Source: Thermofilaceae archaeon (GTDB lineage Archaea > Thermoproteota > Thermoprotei > Thermofilales > Thermofilaceae). From it: 64,000 bases of DNA. The DNA lies in assembly GCA_038727095.1 (NCBI GenBank), contig JAVYWK010000002.1:46336-110335 (forward strand), given 5' to 3'. Below the pieces are notes generated by a model. The model had not been told where the DNA came from. It did not search any database and saw only the letters and a list, made by a program, of their open reading frames with translations. Made by a program: the position numbers and the translations under genes. This document shows, piece after piece, positions 56,569 through 64,000 of this stretch; the first letter of the stretch is position 1, and the number at the start of each line of letters is the position of its first letter.

Positions 56569-57831
56569 ATGAGGGTCTACGTCGAAAACTACGGCTGCTG
56601 GCTTAACAAGGCCCTCAGTGAGTACGTGAAGCAGGTAGTATCACGGTGCGCCGAGATTGTTGAGGACGCCGAGCTAGCCGACGCAGTTATCATCAATACG
56701 TGCGCCGTCAGAGGGGATACGGAGCGCAAGATTCTCAGGAGGTTGAGAGAGCTTGCTTCGACGGGTAAGAGGATCGCCGTAACTGGATGCCTCGTTAACG
56801 TTCGACCCTACTCGATACTTGAAGTTGCTCCTAAAGCCTCACTCGTGGAGCCTTCATACCTCAGTGAACTACCGCGCTTCGTGCAAGGTGAGGAGCTATG
56901 GCTGGTCCGCGAGTACCGGAGGGCGATATTCGCCGGCGAATACACGGGGGGCGTGAGGTATGTGATTCCGATTGAGGTGGGGTGCACTGGGGCGTGCGGC
57001 TTCTGCGTCGAGCCTCTGGTCAGGAGGGAAGTCACAAGCTTAGACCCTGAGTTGGTGTTGCGGCTTGTTGCAGACGCCGTGAGAAGGGGCGCAAAGGAAG
57101 TGTATCTCACTGGGCAGGATGTTGCAGCGTATGGCCTCGATCTGGGTCTTAGGCTAACCGACCTCATTAGGCGCATCCTGTCTGAGGTTGACGGCGACTA
57201 CAGGATTAGGATCGGAATGATGGAGCCTTGGATGGCCAAAAGCATCGCGGATGAGCTCTCCGAACTCATCAGGGACGAGAGGGTCTACAAGTACGTGCAC
57301 TTACCACTGCAGTCGGGTGACGACGCTGTACTAAGGCTGATGCGAAGAAGGTACACCGTGGAAGAGTACAGGAACCTAATCCAACTATTTCGCCGTAGGG
57401 TGGGTGAACTGTCAGTGGCGACGGACATCATCGTGGGATACCCCGGTGAAGACTGGGAAGCTTTTCTCAGGAGCGTTAAAGTAGTGCAGGAGTTGAAGTT
57501 CGACAAAGTTCACGTGGCCCGCTACACCTTCAGGCCCTTTACCCCAGCTTACACAGCTAGAGACACCGTCGCTGAACCGGAGAAAAAGAGAAGATCGCGG
57601 ATTCTCACTGAAGTAGCGCTAAGGGTGGCGGCCTCCATAAACTCGACCTACTTAGGCAAGGAGCTTGAAGCTCTAGTCTGTGAGAGCGGCAAGAAGGAGG
57701 GAACCGTGATCGCCAGGACTGACACGTACAAACCCGTCATCTTGCCGGACACAGTCAAAGTGGGGGAACGGGTTAGAGTAAGGATAAAGGGTTACACCCC
57801 CTTGCATCTGGTAGGCGAGGTTATAGATTAA
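56569..57831 (+). CDS. tRNA t6A methylthiotransferase (archaeal MtaB/CDKAL1-like)
   Basis: YGCWLN, NTCAV, GCTGACGFC, HLPLQSG, TDIIVGYPGE, C-terminal TRAM domain. Confidence 0.9.
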   Translation: MRVYVENYGCWLNKALSEYVKQVVSRCAEIVEDAELADAVIINTCAVRGDTERKILRRLRELASTGKRIAVTGCLVNVRPYSILEVAPKASLVEPSYLSELPRFVQGEELWLVREYRRAIFAGEYTGGVRYVIPIEVGCTGACGFCVEPLVRREVTSLDPELVLRLVADAVRRGAKEVYLTGQDVAAYGLDLGLRLTDLIRRILSEVDGDYRIRIGMMEPWMAKSIADELSELIRDERVYKYVHLPLQSGDDAVLRLMRRRYTVEEYRNLIQLFRRRVGELSVATDIIVGYPGEDWEAFLRSVKVVQELKFDKVHVARYTFRPFTPAYTARDTVAEPEKKRRSRILTEVALRVAASINSTYLGKELEALVCESGKKEGTVIARTDTYKPVILPDTVKVGERVRVRIKGYTPLHLVGEVID

Positions 57832-59536
57832 CCCTAACTCGGGGAAAGACCCCCCTCCGGATCTTTGTCAACCTTTCCTGCATAGCAGCCAACTCTTCGT
57901 CGCTGATCTTCCTAAACAGGGGTTGAGGCTCCATTATCCTAAGGCCTGGCTTGACCGGTTGTTTCGCCTCGTGCCACCCAGCTTCCTCAACTCTCCCTGT
58001 GTAACCAAGAGCCTCCCACATCTCTTGAGCCTTTCCAGGAGTCACAGGCGCCAGTGCTACGGCTAGAGTTTTTACAAGACTGCAAGCCGTAAAGAGGGTT
58101 TTTGCAGCTTCTTGAAGAGGTTCCTCCCAGGGTTTTCTCTCGTTCAGGTAAGCGTTACCTATGGATGCAACTTCTGCTATGTGTACGAGAGCTCGCTTAA
58201 ATCGGAAAGCCAGCATTTCCTTCTCAGCTTCATCGATCCTACTCCAAGCGTCATCTAGTACCCTTTGATCATCGGGCCTCAATTCACCAGGATCAGGTAT
58301 CACGTAATCAAACCTACGCTTAACAAGCGTCAGAGTTCGGTGAACAAAGTTGCCGATGGTGTCGTTGAGTATAGCGTTCACAACCTCCTGCAGCCCCTTC
58401 CACGTAAAGCTCGTATCGCGAACTTCCGGCCTCATCCACACTAGCGCGAAGCGCCAGTAGTCGACGGGCAGCAGCTCGATGGCCTCATCAATCCATACTC
58501 CGATCCCCCTACTCTTAGAGAACTTTTCACCTTCGAATAACAGGTACTCGGTGGAAGCCACTGTCCATGGTAGAACGTAGCCTTCTCCTGACGCTAGAAG
58601 CAGTGCTGGGAAAATGATTGTGTGGAAGGGTATATTGTCTTTCCCGACGAAGTAAACGCTCTTAGTCTCGCTGTTTAACCAGAACTCCTTCCACTTTTCG
58701 GGTTCGCCCCGCCGCTCGAAGTATTCTCGCACGGCGGAAACATACCCTAAGACGGCTTCCATCCACACGTAAATCGTCTTACCTTCAGCCCCCGGGAAAG
58801 GTGCTGGAATGCCCCACTTGTTGTCTCGAGTCACCGACCTGGGCCGCAACCCCTCGTTCAGCATTTGGACGCTCATATTGCGAGCATTATCTGGAAGGTT
58901 TGGATTATTTTCAATATATTCATTTAGCTTATTTGCAAGCTTAGGTAAATCAAAGAACCAATGTTTACTCTCCTTAACCACTGGTTTAGATTGGCATATT
59001 ACGCAACGAGGTTCAATGAGCTGAAGGGGGTCGAGGAGCCTACCGCAGTTATCGCATTGATCCCCCCTAGCCCTCGGGTAGTTGCAGTACGGGCATGTAC
59101 CCTCAACGAACCTATCGGGCAGGAATACGTTATCTACAGGGCAGAAGAGGGCTTGGACTGTATCGCTGAAGATGTACCCGTTCTCGTAAACTCGAGAGTA
59201 GAATTCTCGAACGAAGTTTATGTGAGTTGGATTGTGAGTTTTCGTGTAAATATCGAACGAGATACCCCACTTCCTGAAGAGCTCGCTGATCCTTTCGTGC
59301 ATCTCATTAGCCATCTTCTCTGGATCCATACGGCGCTTGACAGCTTCTACCTCAATCGGTGTTCCATGCTGGTCTGATCCGCTGGCGAATACCACTTCAG
59401 CCCCTCTCATCCTAAGGAAACGCGCCGCTATGTCAGCGGAGAGGATTGACCCTATCAGGTTACCTAAGTGGGGGATCGCGTTAACGTACGGCCAAGCTGA
59501 GAATACCAACCACCTCTCCTTCTTTAGCTCCACCAC
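57821..59536 (-). CDS. metG: Methionyl-tRNA synthetase
   Basis: AWPYVNAIPHLGN, Zn knuckle, YVWMEA, GKDNIPFH, KFSKS; no C-terminal tRNA-binding domain. Confidence 0.96.
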   Translation of the reverse strand: MVELKKERWLVFSAWPYVNAIPHLGNLIGSILSADIAARFLRMRGAEVVFASGSDQHGTPIEVEAVKRRMDPEKMANEMHERISELFRKWGISFDIYTKTHNPTHINFVREFYSRVYENGYIFSDTVQALFCPVDNVFLPDRFVEGTCPYCNYPRARGDQCDNCGRLLDPLQLIEPRCVICQSKPVVKESKHWFFDLPKLANKLNEYIENNPNLPDNARNMSVQMLNEGLRPRSVTRDNKWGIPAPFPGAEGKTIYVWMEAVLGYVSAVREYFERRGEPEKWKEFWLNSETKSVYFVGKDNIPFHTIIFPALLLASGEGYVLPWTVASTEYLLFEGEKFSKSRGIGVWIDEAIELLPVDYWRFALVWMRPEVRDTSFTWKGLQEVVNAILNDTIGNFVHRTLTLVKRRFDYVIPDPGELRPDDQRVLDDAWSRIDEAEKEMLAFRFKRALVHIAEVASIGNAYLNERKPWEEPLQEAAKTLFTACSLVKTLAVALAPVTPGKAQEMWEALGYTGRVEEAGWHEAKQPVKPGLRIMEPQPLFRKISDEELAAMQERLTKIRRGVFPRVRVNL

Positions 59537-59627
59537 CCCAGCGATAACCCCCAATTGGCTCTTAAACTTTGTTCACCGCTTAGTCCACCGGACTCGGTCG
59601 GTTTTTTAGCCTTCGCTCAATGGGAGG

Positions 59628-60695
59628 GTGGTGGAAGGGAAGCCGATACATGAGATAGAGCTCCCTGCGAAAGTCATCGTGGGTAGTGGAGCGCTTAAGC
59701 GATTACCCTCGCTGCTCGGGTCGTTCGCCTACGAGAAGGTTGTGGTGTTCACAGGGCCTCACGTGGGCCCCCGAGTCGGGTTCGGTGTAGCCGAGCTGCT
59801 CGCAGGAGAGGAGTTCGAGGTTCATACAGGCGTTATTGAGGGGAGTGATAGGGAGAGCCTTGAGAAAGCTAAAGAGCTGGTTCAATCGATCAGACCCGAC
59901 GTTGCGATAGCGGTGGGTGGAGGGAGAGTGATCGACGTTACGAAGTACGTGACTTACATCTTCAATCTCCCCTTCGTAAGCGTGCCTACAGCCGTCTCTC
60001 ACGATGGTATTGCCAGCCCAGCTGTCTCGTTAAAGGATGTGAACGGCTACCCCATTAGCAAGTTCGTTAAGCCACCGATAGCGATCGTAGCAGATATCGA
60101 TGTTATAGCTCAGGCTCCGCGTAGACTCCTAGCTAGCGGTTTTGGCGACATCATAGGCAAGTTCACTAGTGTAAGGGACGCGGTACTGGCCAGGAAGATT
60201 AAGGGTGAGTACGTGGGCGATTACAGCTTGGCACTCGCTAGGATGAGCGCGTCCATGGTAGCCAAGAACGCGGAGGCGATAGCCAGGCATGAGCCTGAAG
60301 GCATCAGCATACTCGTCGAAGCTGCGATAAGCTGCGGTGTAGCGATGGCGATAGCCGGCAGCTCTAGGCCCTGCTCGGGCAGCGAACACGCCTTCAGCCA
60401 CGCTCTCGACATCGTCTACCCGGAGAAACAGAGTCTTCACGGTGAGCAGGTCGGCGTCGGAACCATTATGATGGCTTACCTTCACGGAATTGACTGGAGA
60501 CGGATCAGGAGGCTATTGCGAGTAGTAGGGGCTCCAACGAATTGCGAGGAGCTCGGTGTACCCCCCAAAGCGATCATCGAGGCGCTGAAGCTGGCACATA
60601 AGGTGAGGGACAGGTACACCATCCTCGGCGAAGGCGGGCTCAGCGAATCAGCCGCTTGGAAGCTCGCTAAAACCACCGGAGTCATACCATCGTAG
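59628..60695 (+). CDS. egsA: sn-glycerol-1-phosphate dehydrogenase
   Basis: GGGRVIDVTK, PTAVSHDGIAS, SSRPCSGSEH, LHGEQVG. Confidence 0.95.
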   Translation: MVEGKPIHEIELPAKVIVGSGALKRLPSLLGSFAYEKVVVFTGPHVGPRVGFGVAELLAGEEFEVHTGVIEGSDRESLEKAKELVQSIRPDVAIAVGGGRVIDVTKYVTYIFNLPFVSVPTAVSHDGIASPAVSLKDVNGYPISKFVKPPIAIVADIDVIAQAPRRLLASGFGDIIGKFTSVRDAVLARKIKGEYVGDYSLALARMSASMVAKNAEAIARHEPEGISILVEAAISCGVAMAIAGSSRPCSGSEHAFSHALDIVYPEKQSLHGEQVGVGTIMMAYLHGIDWRRIRRLLRVVGAPTNCEELGVPPKAIIEALKLAHKVRDRYTILGEGGLSESAAWKLAKTTGVIPS

Positions 60696-60781
60696 ACTCC
60701 TGCCTCGACCGTCATTTTTCCCGGATCAGCGACTTCGAACGGCTTTAATAGCCAGCTCCGCCGAAGGCAGACGGCTGTGCA

Positions 60782-61513
60782 ATGACTCGTAGGTACACCG
60801 ATTCACATTGCCACACCCACGAATTTAGCGAGGCTGAACTGGAGGCGTTTGGGGAAAGCTTCGAAATGATCGTCGGAGTAGCGGACGATGTGGGATCCTC
60901 CTTGAGGACTCTCGAACTCGCTAAGAAGTTCAGGTACATTGTGCCCTGTGCAGGCCTTCACCCCTGGTCGCTCAAGGAGGTGAACCTGGAAGAGCAATTG
61001 AAGGGGCTGGAGAGGCTCGTGGCCAGCGGTGAAGTACGATGCATTGGAGAGGTAGGCCTAGATTTGGCGTTCGTACCAGACACGTATGAGCAGCAGTTGG
61101 TTGTCTTCAGGCGCGCCCTGCAGATCGCCAAGGATTACGATCTTCCCGTCAACCTGCACACCGCTAAAGCCTGGAGGCAGGTTCTTGAGGAAGTCGTACG
61201 CTTCGGGGTAAGACGCGCGCTTTTCCACTGGTTCACCGGCCCCCTAGACGTCCTTTCAGAGATCGTGGCGCGGGGCTACTTGATATCGATTAACCCCACC
61301 GTGAAAATCAGCGATAAACACAGAAGTATTGCTAAAAGAGCCCCGCTGAGTTCAATAACGTTTGAAAGCGACGGCCCCTACGAGTACAGGGGGTTGCACC
61401 TAACCCCCTCGATGATTCCAGAGGTTGTTGCCATAATAGCAGAAGAGCGCGGCTTAGCCGCTGACGAGCTTACGGAGGTATCTCGAGAAAACTTGCTTAG
61501 GCTTCTACTGTAG
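60782..61513 (+). CDS. TatD family nuclease/hydrolase
   Basis: DSHCH, GLHPW, IGEVGLD, ESDGP. Confidence 0.93.
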   Translation: MTRRYTDSHCHTHEFSEAELEAFGESFEMIVGVADDVGSSLRTLELAKKFRYIVPCAGLHPWSLKEVNLEEQLKGLERLVASGEVRCIGEVGLDLAFVPDTYEQQLVVFRRALQIAKDYDLPVNLHTAKAWRQVLEEVVRFGVRRALFHWFTGPLDVLSEIVARGYLISINPTVKISDKHRSIAKRAPLSSITFESDGPYEYRGLHLTPSMIPEVVAIIAEERGLAADELTEVSRENLLRLLL

Positions 61514-61663
61514 CGTTAGAAACGCGACTTTCCCCGCTCCAGGAAAGTGAGCCTGGAAGCTTCGAGCCCATGAAAGGGATGAACACCCGGCGCGGATCGG
61601 AGGCGAAAACGTTTTAAGGTGGCCTACGGGCCGCGCAGGCGCGCGGGAGCGCGAGAGGGTGCG

Positions 61664-62044
61664 GTGAGTAAGAGGAATTTAGAGGTGCTGAAGGTTAAGG
61701 ATCTTAAGCCGTACTCGAAATGGTTTACAATCACTGTGAAGATTCTGAAGTTAAATGATGAGAAGACTGTCTTTTCAAGGAAGGATGGGGCGCAGCACAG
61801 AGTGGCTGACGCAATAGTGGGCGACGAAACCGGCACAGTAATCATGTCAGTCTGGGACGATGACATCGATAAAATCAGGGAGATCATCGGCTCAACCGTT
61901 CGGATCAGGAATGGGTTCACCACGCTCTACAGAGGTAGTCTACGATTGACTCTGAGTAGGTTTAGCACGCTTGAGAGAATTGAGGATGAAATCACTGAGG
62001 TTAACGATAAGTTTAACGTCTCGGAGAGAGCACAATTAAGGTAG
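61664..62044 (+). CDS. ssb: Single OB-fold single-stranded DNA-binding protein
   Basis: KVKDLKP, VGDETG..SVW, RNG..Y.G.LRL. Confidence 0.88.
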   Translation: MSKRNLEVLKVKDLKPYSKWFTITVKILKLNDEKTVFSRKDGAQHRVADAIVGDETGTVIMSVWDDDIDKIREIIGSTVRIRNGFTTLYRGSLRLTLSRFSTLERIEDEITEVNDKFNVSERAQLR

Positions 62045-62074
62045 CATTCTATTCCTTTACCAATACTATTTTAT

Positions 62075-63418
62075 TCACCAGACAACGTCCTTAGTCGCTA
62101 CCACACCTATGTAAAAGTCGTTCACGTTTGTACGTGTAGGACCCGTTACTACGTGCCCCCCTACTAGCTTGAAGAAGGTATAACTATCATTGTTCTCCAA
62201 GTAGTGGATCGGATCCAGCCCCAGTTCCCTTGCCCTCTTGATCGTGCGGCCATCGACCACCGCTCCCGCTACATCTGTGGGACCGTCAATGCCGTCGCTG
62301 CCCACCGCGGCTACTGCTACGCCCTCTTCGCCCGCAATACGTAGAGCGGCCGAGAGGGCGAACTCTTGGTTCCTTCCCCCCTTACCGCTCCCCCGTACTG
62401 TGACCGTGGTTTCGCCGCCGCAGATCACAGCTGCAGGTGGTTTAACCGGTAAGCCAGACCGCTTTACCTCGAGCACTACAGCGGTTAAGGCCTTAGCCGC
62501 TTCCCTGGCCTCGCCCTGCAGCATACTGGTCAGTATCAAAGCGTTGAGACCCATGCTCTCAGCGTGCCTCTTCATAGCCTTGAGAGCAGTCATGTTGCTA
62601 CCCACCACGAGAGCGACGCTGTTTGGTAGCTCGCCCGGCTTTGGGGTCTCAGGGATCTCTCCCTTATGACCCTTCATCAGAGCTTCAACAATGCTAGGGG
62701 GTACCTGCGACATCAAGTTGTACCGCTTAAGCACGTTCAGCGCGTCATCGTACGTTGTGGGGTCCGGCACAGTAGGTCCCGACGCAATTACATCCAACCT
62801 ATCGCCGATGACGTCGGATATGGCGAGAGTTACAACGGGTGAGGGAGAAGCTGCAGCAGCCAGCCTCCCACCCTTCAGCAGCGAAAGGTGCTTTCGCACA
62901 GTGTTCACCTCATCGATCGTTGCGCCACACTTTAGCAACTGCTCTGTTAACCTTCGCAGATCCTCAAGCTTTACGCCGGGGGCAGGTACCTCGGCCATCG
63001 CTGACCCGCCACCGGAGAGCAGAACAACGAGAGGGACGCCCTCCGCCTTCGCCTTCTCCGCTGTTTTCAAGGCCAGCTTTCCAGCCTCTATGCTGCCCTC
63101 ATCTGGGTAAGGGTGGCCCGCGACCACTAGCGATACTCTCCTTAGAGCTGGGCTCGACGCCCCTCTTAACATCGTGGCAACACCCCCCCTTACAGCGTCG
63201 CCGAGAATCTTTTCGAGCGCTTCAGCCATGTACCCACCAGCCTTCCCGAGCGCCACAAGGTACGCACCATTGCTCACGTTCACCTCCAAGCCGTCGACTC
63301 GAAGCTTGCCCTGAGCGAGCGAAACTCGCTCCATGAACAGGTTCGCGGGATCTACAGCTCTTAAACCCTCGAGAACAAGCACAAGTGCCAGCTTGCGCGC
63401 GTAATCGCATAGTTCCAT
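62075..63418 (-). CDS. Glycerate 2-kinase (MOFRL family)
   Basis: GKA, HPYPD, LSGGGSA, KGGRLA, GGETTV, GGRNQE, GPTRTNVND. Confidence 0.94.
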   Translation of the reverse strand: MELCDYARKLALVLVLEGLRAVDPANLFMERVSLAQGKLRVDGLEVNVSNGAYLVALGKAGGYMAEALEKILGDAVRGGVATMLRGASSPALRRVSLVVAGHPYPDEGSIEAGKLALKTAEKAKAEGVPLVVLLSGGGSAMAEVPAPGVKLEDLRRLTEQLLKCGATIDEVNTVRKHLSLLKGGRLAAAASPSPVVTLAISDVIGDRLDVIASGPTVPDPTTYDDALNVLKRYNLMSQVPPSIVEALMKGHKGEIPETPKPGELPNSVALVVGSNMTALKAMKRHAESMGLNALILTSMLQGEAREAAKALTAVVLEVKRSGLPVKPPAAVICGGETTVTVRGSGKGGRNQEFALSAALRIAGEEGVAVAAVGSDGIDGPTDVAGAVVDGRTIKRARELGLDPIHYLENNDSYTFFKLVGGHVVTGPTRTNVNDFYIGVVATKDVVW

Positions 63419-63463
63419 GTCGACCCCAGCAAGGATATATTGCGGCTTTGTTAATACTTACTC

Positions 63464-64000
63464 GTGGGCGAGCTACAGTTCAGGGGGGTTAAGATTCAGC
63501 ACCTCCCACACGCGGGATTCAGGCTGGAAGGGGGCGGCTCGGTCGTCTACATAGACCCTTTCTCCCTGCCCTCCTCTCCCGGCGACGGGGACGTGGGCAT
63601 TTGCACCCATGATCACTACGACCACTGCAGCCCCGAAGACTTGAGGAAGGCCCTCAAGAGGGATGCCGTCATCGTAGCGGCCTCTAACTGCGAGCGAAAG
63701 TTGAGGGGACTAGTACGGGAGCTGAAGCTTCTGAAACCAGGGGACGAGGTTGAGGTGAAGAGGGTTAAGGTGCGTGCAGTACCTGCGTACAACGTCGGCA
63801 AACCATACCACCCGCGCGAGTACGGCGGCATCGGCGTGATCGTAGAGCTGGGTGGTGTGAGGATATACCACGCCGGCGATACCGACCTCATACCCGAGAT
63901 GGAGAGCCTCAGAGGACACGTGGATGTCGCTCTCGTTCCAGTGAGCGGCGTGTACGTGATGACTGCTAGCGAGGCTGTAGAAGCCGTACGCAGGATACAG
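63464..64000 (+). CDS. MBL-fold metallo-hydrolase (partial, runs off window end)
   Basis: Manual translation from GTG 63464: HAGFRL, YIDPF, THDHYDH, VPAYN, YHAGDTD. Confidence 0.9.
   Translation, partial: MGELQFRGVKIQHLPHAGFRLEGGGSVVYIDPFSLPSSPGDGDVGICTHDHYDHCSPEDLRKALKRDAVIVAASNCERKLRGLVRELKLLKPGDEVEVKRVKVRAVPAYNVGKPYHPREYGGIGVIVELGGVRIYHAGDTDLIPEMESLRGHVDVALVPVSGVYVMTASEAVEAVRRIQ

Noticed and set aside
61525-61605. GGAAAGT and ATGA..GGATGA motifs suggesting RNase P, C/D or H/ACA RNA
   Set aside because: No complete box set or RNase P core could be assembled, and the region is short.

Overview
A gene-dense core-genome window from a thermophilic crenarchaeon (Thermoproteota). It is most consistent with Thermofilaceae: unsplit rpoB, split rpoA'/A'', PolB1, Elf1, stand-alone 5S rRNA, intron-containing tRNAs, a CC1-like chromatin protein and a canonical SSB. 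It holds a rearranged RNA polymerase/ribosomal protein cluster, the TFS-PCNA-priL-priS-GINS-L44e-S27e-aIF2a-nop10 cluster, aglB, two ABC systems, three ether-lipid backbone enzymes, AspRS, MetRS, four intron-containing tRNAs, 5S rRNA and one C/D-box sRNA. No mobile element, CRISPR array or prophage was seen. Main leads: (1) a possible eukaryote-like multi-subunit oligosaccharyltransferase made of a DK-motif AglB/STT3, a ribophorin-I-like protein and a DC2/OST3-6-like 3-TM protein; (2) an ABC importer whose two ATPases have complementary degenerate motifs and share near-identical DNA tracts; (3) two small genes missed by the ORF track; (4) a C/D sRNA whose guides resemble 16S central-pseudoknot sequences; (5) recurrent sharp AT-rich patches inside conserved genes. 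All family assignments are from motif recognition only; no searches were run.
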